Source: Nemertoderma westbladi | Lineage: Eukaryota > Animalia > Xenacoelomorpha | Direction: 5' to 3' | Length of the DNA: 64,000 bases | Assembly: GCA_032718475.1 (NCBI GenBank) | Contig: JAUCBJ010008313.1 | Coordinates: 186,001-250,000 of the forward strand | In this document: in pieces, positions 10,801 to 22,240 of the stretch | Numbering within the stretch: position 1 is the stretch's first letter | Layout of the letters: the number at the start of each line of letters is the position of its first letter | Translations under genes and position numbers: made by a program | The notes under the pieces: model-generated | Seen by the model: only the letters and a program-made list of their open reading frames with translations | Database searches by the model: none | What the model was told of the DNA's origin: nothing

Positions 10801-13413
10801 TGGTATTTCCGGTATGTGCTTTGTAATTCTTTGTAATTTGTAACCCTAGTCGTAATTTAGACTAATTATTCTGTATTTTGCGTATTTCTGCCTTTTCCAA
10901 TTATTTCTTGTAATAATTTTGCTAATTTGTAATCTCTGCTGATTTCTTGGTGTGTTTCTCAATCAATCCCAATGATTACTGTTAATTACAACTGGAACTA
11001 TGATTTCTACCCTTTAGTTAATGGTTCTATGTGATTCCTTTCGATGCAATAATCCCACGGGATTTTCTTAGACTGTCAGACTTTGTGATTTGCATGCGCC
11101 GTTACGGTAGCTACCCATTAGATGGAGGGCTGAGGTACCGGTAGGCGCGGCGGGCGCATCGGGGGTTAGCGACGAAGGGAGTGCGGAGAATTCAAAGGCA
11201 AGCAACGCTGGCGGGGAGGTCACCGTTGCGGTCGGTCAGTTAGTATTGTAGAGTGAAGACCGCTCGCTGGTACAGTAATTAAGGGCTGATGATCCAGATT
11301 TTGTCTCTATTTTGTAGTATTAGGGGGGCAGGAATTGGGTTAGTTAGGAAGCCTAGATGTACCCGGGAGAGGCCTGCGTGCTTTATATTGCGAGCTAAAC
11401 TGTAGACTACGTCACAAACTACGTGCGAACTGTAGATTGCGAGTTGTGAACTGTGAATTGCTGACTGCTGATTGTGAATTGTGCATTAAGAACTATAATT
11501 GGTAAGTATAAACTATTGATTGTTACGCTGATTGGTGTGTTACTAAAGTGTGCCTAATAAATCACGAATGCTTAGATAGGTGCTCTTTTCCCTTTGATTG
11601 ATTTCTATTTCTTAATTTACTATAAATAATTACTGATTAGGTCGAAAATAATACGGTATTGAGACTGTTACTAGTGCAACCCGTTACGTAATAAATTAGA
11701 ATTACGCATTCTGGAACACTTAGTAATTAGTACGCTGTTGCATATTTGTGACTGTAATTAATTAGTAAAATTAAGAATTTGTACGCAGCATAGCGGAGAG
11801 TAGTTAAGGTAATAATTTGGAGTACCGTAAACTATTCACTCTGGGTGGTTATTTGAAATCAGCGGGCAATAAGTTAGATCGCAGTATCCAGTACGCAGCA
11901 CGCATTAGTAAATTGCTGGCCTAAAGCCAGCCGGAGGCAAGTTTAGTCCCATAGTAGGTATCATTCCCTGATATAAAAACAGTACCAATTTTTTGATTAT
12001 TTAAATATTCTCACATTCAATTCCATTAGGGAACCCCAGTATTTGCGATTAGAAAAGAAGTAATTATTAGCACGTTTTAACAGTAAAATTAGGCCATAAG
12101 AATACACTCTGAGTGTAAAGCCTCTCACACTCGTATTAAGTAAGCTTAGGGAGCCGATTCGGGTTTATTGTTTTGGTTATTCCCGCGTGGCTCATATCTT
12201 CGAACAGTTAGCTCTCTATCGAGCAATCGGTAGAGAAAGGAACAAGCGATTCGCAGGAGCCGTAGAAAATTAGTAAAATATATTAGCGGACGGCAGGTTA
12301 GCGCCATCCAACGGTAAGTAGTGGTTTTGTATTTAGCAGCCCTACAGTTGTAATAGCACACTCCTGATTACCCCTGTTTAACAGTAGAGCAGTCTTTATG
12401 TCTTTATTGGTTAGGCAGGGACCCGCTAGTTTAACAGTAAAGCACGTTATTTTGTTTTGCTGTACTGCGTACAGTAAGACAAAGTGTATTTTTAGGCTGT
12501 TAGGTTAGATTACTGTATTCACTAGTCGCAATACAGTAGTACAGTAGTGCAATAGGCTGATTGCTGTTACTGCATACGGTAGAAAAGACATTTGTTTTGC
12601 TGTACCACATACAGTATTCATTAGGCTGTTAGGTTGGTGTGCTATTTTACTCACTGTACTGCGTACAGTGGATGTACGGTAGTGCGTTTACTAACTTACG
12701 GTACTGCTTTTATTATTTTGTAATAAAATCTAGAGTTTTGTACCGGTATGTTAGATAACCGCTTAGTTGTTTTATACCATCTGGAGATACATGGCAAGAC
12801 GGAGCTTCTGAGTTTGGGGTTTGTGTGGGTCTGCGGGTTCGGTTTGCAATCAGCGAAGAGCCTGAAACTTTGGACACGGACGTGGAATCTCACAGCAAAC
12901 AAGGTTAGTTGTTCTGTTGGCACCATTGTGTTTGTGGAAGCAGTAAAAAATTACCGGTTGTTTAACTGCGAAGCTGAACTCAATTTATTAGTTAGGTTAG
13001 TTAGGTTTAGCTGACCATGGTTTTTTGAATCGCTCAAGTTAGAGAGAGAGAGAGAGAGTCGCAACCCGAAGGTGTAGCCACGCGCAAGTGGATACATATA
13101 ATATTTGAAATTAAAATTGCGTTGATTAGAGCTATTATGTAAAATTAGAAATATTTGGGTGGCAAGTTCATTTTTGAATATTTTGAATTAGATTCAGAAA
13201 TTATTTTGTGTCATACCGGTATTTAAATGCTATATAATAGCTATGGAATAAGATTTTTTCATTATATTCACAATGTTGTATTGCGAATTTATTTGACATT
13301 TTGTGACCAACTAATTATTTGACAAATAATTTAATCGTATTTTCGATTAAATTATATATATATCTCGAATTTTTTGCGAGATTTTGGCCGGAAGGCAAAA
13401 TATTATTTAGACT

Positions 13414-16400
13414 ATGAGTATCTCAGAGAAAGAGGCACTAGAGGACAGCTATGAGACGGCGGCTGGACCGCCGACTGACGATAGTGTTAATATTACTGTT
13501 GACGACAATGCTGACTATGACGACGCAGCGAGCGACGCTGACATAAGTGAACAGGAGGATGAGACAGTAACCAGTGAGGAAGAGCAAGGTGAGCGAATAG
13601 TATTAGGATCCCCTACCACTACTGTAAGGAAGGATTGTACAACAGCCCGACCAGAGGTGAGTGATAGGGAGAGTAGTTTAGCAGAAGCGAGAGCCCAGAG
13701 CCCGGTTTCCAGACCTGTGGGTATGGTAAGTGCCGTGGTCCCAACGGCTATAAGGAGTACCCGTAGTTCCCGAAATAATCCTTCAAGTCCACCAAGTGTG
13801 AGTCAGGTAAGCGAGAGAGAACTAGACATCGCGATAAAGAAGAAACTTCGCGCGCATGCCGGACATATAACCCGGACGACGGACAAGGTAAGGAAGATGC
13901 TAGCCGACTCAGCGAACATCGGAAGGGAAGGGTTAGTAGAGATTAGAAGGGGATACAACTCAGCATTATTCAAGAAGACGGAGGAGCTTGCAGTCCTAGC
14001 GAAGAGAGCAGTGGAGTCTCAGTCGAGCGACATGGCGACGAGGGTTTACGATAGGGTTTTAGCAGCCTTGTTGGAGCACCGCACGTTATCGGAGCGATTC
14101 CGACGAGTTAGGACGGAGAACTGGCTGCTATGGGAATCACAAGCGCAGGTGACTCAGGTGAGTGACGCAGAGTTGAGAAACTTAGTGGAGCGGGAAGAGA
14201 CGCAGGATAAGGAAGAGCGCAGGTATCAGAGGGAAGTTACCAGCTGGCTGATGCAGAGTGGAGTGGTGGTACCGGGTCAGGTGCTGCCGACGATGGACAA
14301 TATCCAACAGAGGACATTAACTCCACCCGACAATGCATCTAGAGACAGTGGCGATTCCCAGGTTAGTCACGCACGAGGGAAGGTTATGTGCTAGATCCCT
14401 TGTTTCTCACAACTCGGCGGAGGAGAGAAGACGCCGACTGGACGAACAACAGGCGGAAGTTTTGCGTGCATCGGAAGCACGGAAGGAAGCCGAACGGGAA
14501 CGAGAGCGCACACGGAAGTTAGATGCACAGTTGCGAGAGTTGGAAGACAAAGGTAAGTGTGAGCAAGCCGAACGCGAACAGGAAGAACGCGAACTCCAAC
14601 TCGAACGCGAACGCGAAGAACGCGAACTCCAACTCGAACGTGAACGCGAAGAACGCGAACTCCAACTCGAATGCGAACGCGAAGCCAAGGAACGCGAACA
14701 AAGAAGACGCGAACTCCAACTCAACGCGAGCGTAGGAGCGCAAACTAGAGCGCGAGAGGGAGCGACGCGCATTGTATGAAGAGAAGGCGCGTGTGGAAGA
14801 GGAGAGCGCAGCGAGACGAGCGAGGGAAGAAGAAGAACATAAATTGGCGCAGTTGGAAAGTGCGAGATTAAATTTAGAGAGCGAAAAATGGACCAGGAAG
14901 GCGAATGAAATCGCCGAGAAGGGGATGCGAATGATCGAAGAATGTGGGGCGAGTGTAGGTACCGAGTTGCGAGAACTGTTCGCACTGCAGAAGGCTGAAC
15001 AGGAAGCGAAAACTCCGACTATATGCGAGTCGATGACGACCAGAATTCCTATACCCAGTCCAGCTATTACGAGTACTCGGATCACTAAACCGTTCTCTAC
15101 ATATCGCACGCCAATTGGTATTAGTGCTTCACCCATCGCGCAGGATCCACGTCATCAGGACACCGCACCACTACACACCGAACGAGACAATGAAGTGTTT
15201 AGAGGAGAAACTCAGACGGGCCGAGTATTGGGCGAACCGAACCCGCGGGTTTGGAATACATGGACGGAGCGCTGACCAGTTCGACGGAGAACTTCCGGGT
15301 TAAACCGGAAGAGTGATCATATGAGAGACAGCGGATTACTCAGATAGAGCCGACTATACAACAGAACCCTAGCCAGGAATTTATTACGAGGGATGAGTTA
15401 AGTGCCAGTTTAGCGCAAGCTATATCGCCGCACATCCAACCTATAACGGACATGCTTAGTAACCTACAGTTAAAGGAAGCAGCCCAGGTAAGAAGTAATT
15501 CAAATCCTAGCAGGCCTGGGTTAGATAAAGTCCAACCTAGTCAACGAGTACGCATATCGGAGGCAACTATACCACATAGACCTCAGGTAAGAACACCTGT
15601 CCCTACAATTTATAATCCCAACTTCGAGAACTCGGCGGAAAAGTTTATACAAGAAGCCTGGGTCAGGGCTTCGGCGCGCAAACCAACGCGAGTGCTAAGG
15701 ACTGACACAGACTCAAGCGATGAAGAGGAAGACATGAGACGTTAGAAGAAGACATGAGTACGACAGCACCTTTACTCCCAATGAGAAGTTCAACTATTTG
15801 CTTCAAATGAGCCATTGCTGACAACTTCGTCGACAATGAAAGAGCATTCGAGTTAGCAATGAAGACGCTTAGCGACATCTACGGGAATAAAACCAAGATG
15901 GCACAGTCGATAGTGGAAGACTTGGGTAAGGGCGGAAGGATTACAACTCCGCTAGAGCTGTTGAACTTAGCGAACGCTATTTCGAACGCATTAGACATCT
16001 TGAGGATGGTGAATCTACCTCATCATGGTGATCACGCCGAAGTTTTGAAGAGCATAATAAGACGTTTAAACATGCGTTACCGACAGAAATGGTGCAAATT
16101 AGAGAATAAATTAGAGGGTCAAGGTAAAGTGTTGACACTTCAACATATCCATGACTTGATAGCCACAGACGCAGTAGCAGAGATGAAATCAAACTTCTCA
16201 GAGGAGAATATGAGAGAGTCTAAACCTGTTACCGGTAAGACTATGGTAAGTTTTGACGATGACATGACCACTGTGACATTTAACTCAGTAGACAGATATA
16301 ATTCGAGTACCCCTGCCTTTAGATCAGACTCACGAGTATGGTCAGGTGAGCGGTTAGATAGACCTAAGTTAAAGCAACAGGAGTTGCCGGTTGGATTTGT

Positions 16401-16785
16401 AGGTTGCCAATTCTGCGTACTAAAGGAGGTAAGATCTGACGACCATAAGTTAGACAGTTGCAGACGGTTCAAAGAATTAACTTCGGAACAGAGAAGAGTT
16501 CAAGTGCGGACATTGGACACCTGTTGGGCATGTCTTGCGCCAGGTCATGTACGGCGGCAGTGCCCGAACAGTAAGGACGGATGCATGGAATGCGGCAGAC
16601 TACTTCACAAGTTGCTACATGTGGATTTCCATACCCCAACGGAACGTTACTTACAGAGAAATCCTCAAAGGAATGGGAGCAGAGATCCCATATCGATAAG
16701 GAGAAATACGTACACTGGCATCCAGGACGATGGTTATCAACCAGGTTCGTCGGCGAGGATGGTGAGTCGAGCGCGAGAGAGGTGA
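13414..16785 (+). pseudogene. gag: BEL-2 copy 1 gag: acidic N-terminus, coiled coil, capsid-like region, three zinc knuckles
   Basis: ORFs 13414-14394, 14333-14779 (EREREERELQL repeats), 14772-15275, 15452-15745 and 15859-16785 with CQFC..H..C, CWACLAPGHVRRQC and CMECGRLLHKLLH, the BEL-type triple knuckle. Confidence 0.9.
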
Positions 16786-19700
16786 CCTGCCAAGGTTTCA
16801 CTGCGGATAGTTCATCGACCAGCGCGCGGACGTATTTATCATCGGCCACGTCGGAGATATTTAACGTCATTCCGGTGAAACTTACTGGCGATAAGGGATC
16901 GAAGAGAATATATGTGATGTTGGACACTGCGTCCACATTATCTTATATCGACGAGGAAGTGGCGAGAGCTGTTTCTAGTTTCCAGGACACAGAGGAGATC
17001 CAAATAGAGTTAAAGTCCATGCACGGGGTAGGGGACCTCAAGGGACACAGAATTTCGGTAGAACTAGACTCCCTACCTCCAAGAGACCAGCACATCGACA
17101 AGAACGGAGAGCGCTGCCATTGGACGGATTTAAGTGTCTAGCTATGAAGGGGTTCGGCAGGCAGTTAGGTAAGGTGCCACCGATGAGTCCCATAGCACAG
17201 GAGTAATTTGACAAGCTCAAAGTACCGAGACACCAGGTAGGTTATAGGAATGTTTCTATGTTGGTTGGTGCAGAACAGCTGATCGCACACCAAATATGGG
17301 AAATGAGACCAGCTGAGCCGCACGTAAATGGACCACATGCCCATAGGACTATATTAGGTTGGTATACACGAGTACCCATGTCTTATGAGTTTACAGGTGG
17401 CGACAAGCCAAAGGATAGATACAACGGATTACAGCCTATAACTCAACCACCGTTAGTAGAACCACCAGACATAGACGAGTTTAGGAGAACCTGTATTGAC
17501 CACTATAGTGACATTAGCGAGTCGGACTAGGAGTTGATTCCCGATAATGTTAGGTTGTCGGAAGCACTCTACAATGACTGGACAGATAGTGAACCCGAGG
17601 ACTACTGTTATCAGACCTGTGGGTCTGGTTCAGCGGCCCACGCTACCTACTTGAGTAACGTTTTGACTTATACCAATATAGTGGAGGGTCAGGTGGCTAA
17701 ATATCGAGACCTCGACATTTTCCAATACAGTGAGGAGGAGTTGCAGAAGGAATTGATACGCCAGGACCTCGAGACAGGAGCCAGAACCGTCGAATGGCTG
17801 GATAGGGACGCAATGGAACCCGGTGGGTATGACCTAACCATGTCCACTGATGAGAAACGGTCGCTAGAGATGATGGAAGACACCATACGTCTGCTACCGA
17901 CAGGACATTTTGAAGTTGGAATGTTGTGGCGTCGACATCCACCTAAGTTGGAGTACAACTACAGCTTAGCCTTGAAAAGATTGAACGGAGTAAGGGCAGG
18001 GTTGTTAAAGAATCCAGATGTTAGGGAGAAGTATTGCGCCCAGATCAACAACTATTTCGCAAAGGGATTTGCTGGGAAGGTAGAGGACCCGGAATTAGTG
18101 ATGGACCAGACTTATTACCTCCCACACCACTATGTGACTCCCACTATGTGACACCCTGACAAGCCAGACAAAGTCCGAGTAGTCAACGACTGCGCAGCAG
18201 TCTATAGAGGCATTACCCTGAATTCAGAGTTGATGGACGGTCCCAACCTGAATAATTATTTGATAGGAATACTGTTGCGTTTTAGACAGCGGCGATTCGC
18301 GTTTACTTGTGACATCGAGGCAATGTTCCACCAGGTAAGAGCCTGTAAGGCAGACCAGGATAGCCTCAGATTTCTCTGGTACGAGAATGAAGACCTATCC
18401 GGCCCAGTGGTTACATACCAAATGTATGTTAGGATATTTGGTGCCAACGATAGTCCAAACGGCACGCTGTTTGTTCTAAAGAAAACGGCAACAGCCCAGA
18501 TTGGTAAGTATCCAGTAGAAGTTATCGAGTCCATCTTGAGAAACTTCTATATGGACGACGGATTGGTGTCCAAGGACACAGCTGAACAAGCCATAGAAGT
18601 GGCTCACGGCCTACAGGAGTGCTTGGCTACAGGGGGATTTCCTCTGACCAAGTTCACTACTAACTCGGAGGCCCTATTAGAATCGTTCCCGGTGAAAGGT
18701 CGCGGGAGCGGAGACATAGAATTGGGGGTAGAACCCATCCCCATGGCGCGAGTACTGGGACTCGCTTGGAACCCGAACATGGACAAGTTACAGGTAAGAG
18801 TTAGATTTGAGCCCAGTAGTCCAGACAAAATTTTGACTAAGAGAATCTGTTAGTCGACATTAAGTAGACTATTTGACCCGATAAACTTTATCAGTCCGGT
18901 AATATTACAGGCACGAGCGTGCATGAGGAAAATTTGGTTGTCTGACTTAGAGTGGGACGAACCAATATCTTCTATACATGCAAAGCAGTGGAGAGAGTGG
19001 GAAGCCGAGTTGCATCTATTGAAAAATATAGATGTACCCCGCTCCTACTTTCCGAATCAGCTGGTATTTCCAGCTGATCTAGAACTGCACCTGTTTAGTG
19101 ACGCAAGTGACACCGGCTTTGGTATGGTAGCCTACCTTCGCCAAGAGGTAAGTCAGGACAAGTTTGAGACGGCCTTTGTGACTTCTAGATCAAAGACAAT
19201 GCCGGTCAAATACATGACTGTCCCTCGTGCAGAGTTACAGGAGGCAGTAGTTTCAGTCGAGGTAAGTAAGCAGATAATAGAGGAGTTAGACACGACATTG
19301 ACCTTATTCTATTGGACGGACGCATCCTTAGTGTTAGTATACATTGCAGCCGACAATATTGCACTAAAGACATTTGTGGCCAAAAGACGCGCTCAGATCG
19401 TCGACTTTTCGACGAAGGAACAATGGAGACATTGTCCGGGAGTGTTAAACCCGGACGACATAACTTCGAGAGGTGCTATGCCGGCGGAATTCTGTCAGGA
19501 AGAGTTTTGGTTGCATGGGCCTGATTTTCCAACGAGGACACAGGAACATTGGCCAGAGCGACTGAAGATAGTGACCAATCCGATGCCAGAGGATGCAGAA
19601 GTCAAAGTGGAGAAAGTCTCTAAGTCAAAGTCTAAAGCCAAACTCAAGTCATTGGAGCGGCCTGAAGAGTCATTGGAGCGGCCTGAAGAGTCATTGGAGC

Positions 19701-21515
19701 AGCCTGAAGAGTTATTAGAGCGGCCCGGAGACCTGTCAGACCTACAGACTTACGTGACGACTAGGTCTGGAAGGGTAAGTTGTGACATAAAACCACCATT
19801 ACAGACTACACCAGGGTCACAATTGGTAAGTGACGGACAGAAAATGACCGACACAATGGAGCCTTTGGTTTCCAAACCTGCGGGTTTGGATTCGAAACTT
19901 CTATTAGTTAGCGGACAACCGTTGCTGGCATTAGAGCCATGTAGTATTTATGACAAATATCTAAATTTGTCCGCCTCTTGGCTGACAATTTGTAAAAGAA
20001 CTGCGTGGTTAAGCCGATGCGTTTTGTACCTTTGTTTAAACCATTCGAAACAATTAGAAGAACAAATGAGCACTAATAGTGAGCAAATTCAGAAATTGAA
20101 ACAACCTCTGACAGAGGATGAGATTGATCAAGCGGAATTAAAGCATTTGAAGCATTATCAAATGTGTGCCTTCCCAAAAGAATTCTATCTATTATCGGCT
20201 CAACAACCAGTTCTCTATAAACCCCTTAGAAAATGGAGTCCATTAATCCATAAGGCTTTAATTTGTCATAGATCGAGAATCCAGACTGTCGACATAAACT
20301 CACAGTTTAGGTTCCCAGTGATAATCCCTAGTCACCCAATAGAATTGCAAAGAGCGATTCTATGGGATATACACAAGAGGTTGCATCACGCGGGAAAGTT
20401 ACACTGTTTGTCGGCAGCGAGACAGCGATTCATTCTATTGCAGCCAAGCAGAGCAGTAGGCACTATGTACGACGCCTGTCTGGTTTGCAAGAGAGTGAAC
20501 GCCAGAGTATTGGAACAGGAGATGGCTTAACTCCCGGAAGCGAGAGTGCAGGCATATGACCCACCCTTTACAAATACAGGGGTGGACTGCTTTGGTCCGA
20601 CTGAGGCAAAGAGTGGACGGCTGACCCACAAGCGATGGGGCCTGCTACTGATATGCATGGCTAGTAGAGCCATACATATCGAGCATGTGGCAGACATGTC
20701 GACCAAATCTCTGCTCCTGGCCTTAAAGAGATTTATGGCCAGGAGAGGACTAGTAAAGGCGTTTTACTCTGACAAGGGTACTAACTTTGTCGGAGGGAAT
20801 AGCGAGTTAAACGCGGCTCACAGGGTGGCGCAGAATAGAGAAATTTCTGCAGCACTTTTGCCGCAAAGAGTAGAGTGGCGATTTAACACTCCAGAAAGTC
20901 CTTGGAGAGGAGGAAGTTGGGAGCGTTTGGTTCGTTCCATAAAGCAGGCTATTGCTAAGACGTTGCCTGTAAACAAACAACTTACCGACGACGAGCTGGT
21001 CACAGCTTTCATCGAAATCGAGCATACACTAAACTCGAGGCTGATAGCTATGTTACCAGACGGTGTTGCTTTAACGCCGAATCATTTGCTAATGCAGAGT
21101 CCAGCATTTCTTGTGCCGGCATCAGAACCCATTAGTGCCGACCTATACAGTCGTAAGAGCTGGAAAATAACACAATTTGTCGCGTACACATTCTGGGAAT
21201 ACATATCCATATCCACCAGATCGAAATGGTACAAAAAGATTTGGAGCCTCCAAAGAGGAGACTATGTATTGATAACTGAACCCGTTGTCAAGAGAAAATA
21301 TTGGGAAACAGGTGTCATCTTGCACATACACCCAGACGTGCAAAATATAGTGTGCACAGTCACTGTGAAAATTAGGTACAAGTGTCCGCACCCAAAGAAG
21401 TGTAAAACTAATGGTTTACACACCTTGGACTGACCGTTCCAAGATATCGTGTTATTAGAAGAGACACGCATCGAGACAGGAGATTATAATTTGTCTCCTG
21501 CCTCAAACCAAAATT
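16786..21515 (+). pseudogene. pol: BEL-2 copy 1 pol: aspartic protease, RT, RNase H, integrase
   Basis: VMLDTASTLSYI (PR); YYLPHH, CDIEAMFHQV, FYMDD (RT); LHLFSDAS (RH); HKRLHHAG..CLVC, GVDCFGP, SDKGTNF, WERLV (IN). Multiple stops and frameshifts. Confidence 0.95.
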
Positions 21516-22240
21516 AGTGTTGGACGCATCTCACTTCGTATGCATTCCTCGTATGCAAATACTAGGAAATGCATAGGAGCGGGTTTGCGGTGATTTGCGT
21601 GAGAATTTGTCTGGTGGGTATCAAAATAAAATTTTATTTTCAAAATTTTTGGAAAATTAAAAAATTTAAAAAATTAGAAGTGAACCCAAGACAATTCCAA
21701 ATGCTGTGTATAGACGCGTTTTAGAATTCGTCTATAGAGATACAGTAATTTGAAAAGTCGTGAAGCCTGGAAAATAGCATTTAGAAACCATGGTGAAGGC
21801 TATATTACATAGGAGTGTAAATTGAGTTTAGCAATTTCCACAGATTGGTGCCAACAGTACAACAACCAAGGTGCTAAAGGTTAGTAGCACCAGAGGCGTA
21901 CACGGACCCCACTCAGTAGTTTGCAGTGAAGTGAGATGTTCGATTATCAAACCTGCGGGTTTGGTATAGTCGAGCACTGAGACTATTGTCCTTTCTAACT
22001 ACTGTAGTTTAGTACAAGTAATGGGAGTAGTTTGGGCATCAAAAAGTGAGTTGGTCACGGCCAGTTTATCTCCAAAGTTTTGCGCTATGCATGGGAATTG
22101 GTTAGAGGATAGTTAGGAATGAGACGGGATCTAGAGAGTCGAATCTGAACTGCTGGAAGGCGGGGGGGTTCGGGAGGTCTGTCCTTCGGCGGCATCTAAC
22201 TGATTTACCCACAGTGTAATTAGTTACGTAACGGACCCTA

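Larger units (their letters stand above)
10201..12436 (+). repeat. BEL-2 LTR 1 (2236 bp)
   Basis: TGTTACGGTA...GTTTAACA; matches 26501-28738 and 37642-39878. Confidence 0.95.

Noticed and set aside
10346-13014. Short ORFs in the LTR and leader that recur two or three times
   Set aside because: Recurrence follows from element duplication; no recognisable domains, and lengths vary between copies.
14407-15136. Antisense Ser/Arg-rich and Phe/Ala-rich ORFs
   Set aside because: Shadows of the gag coiled-coil repeat.
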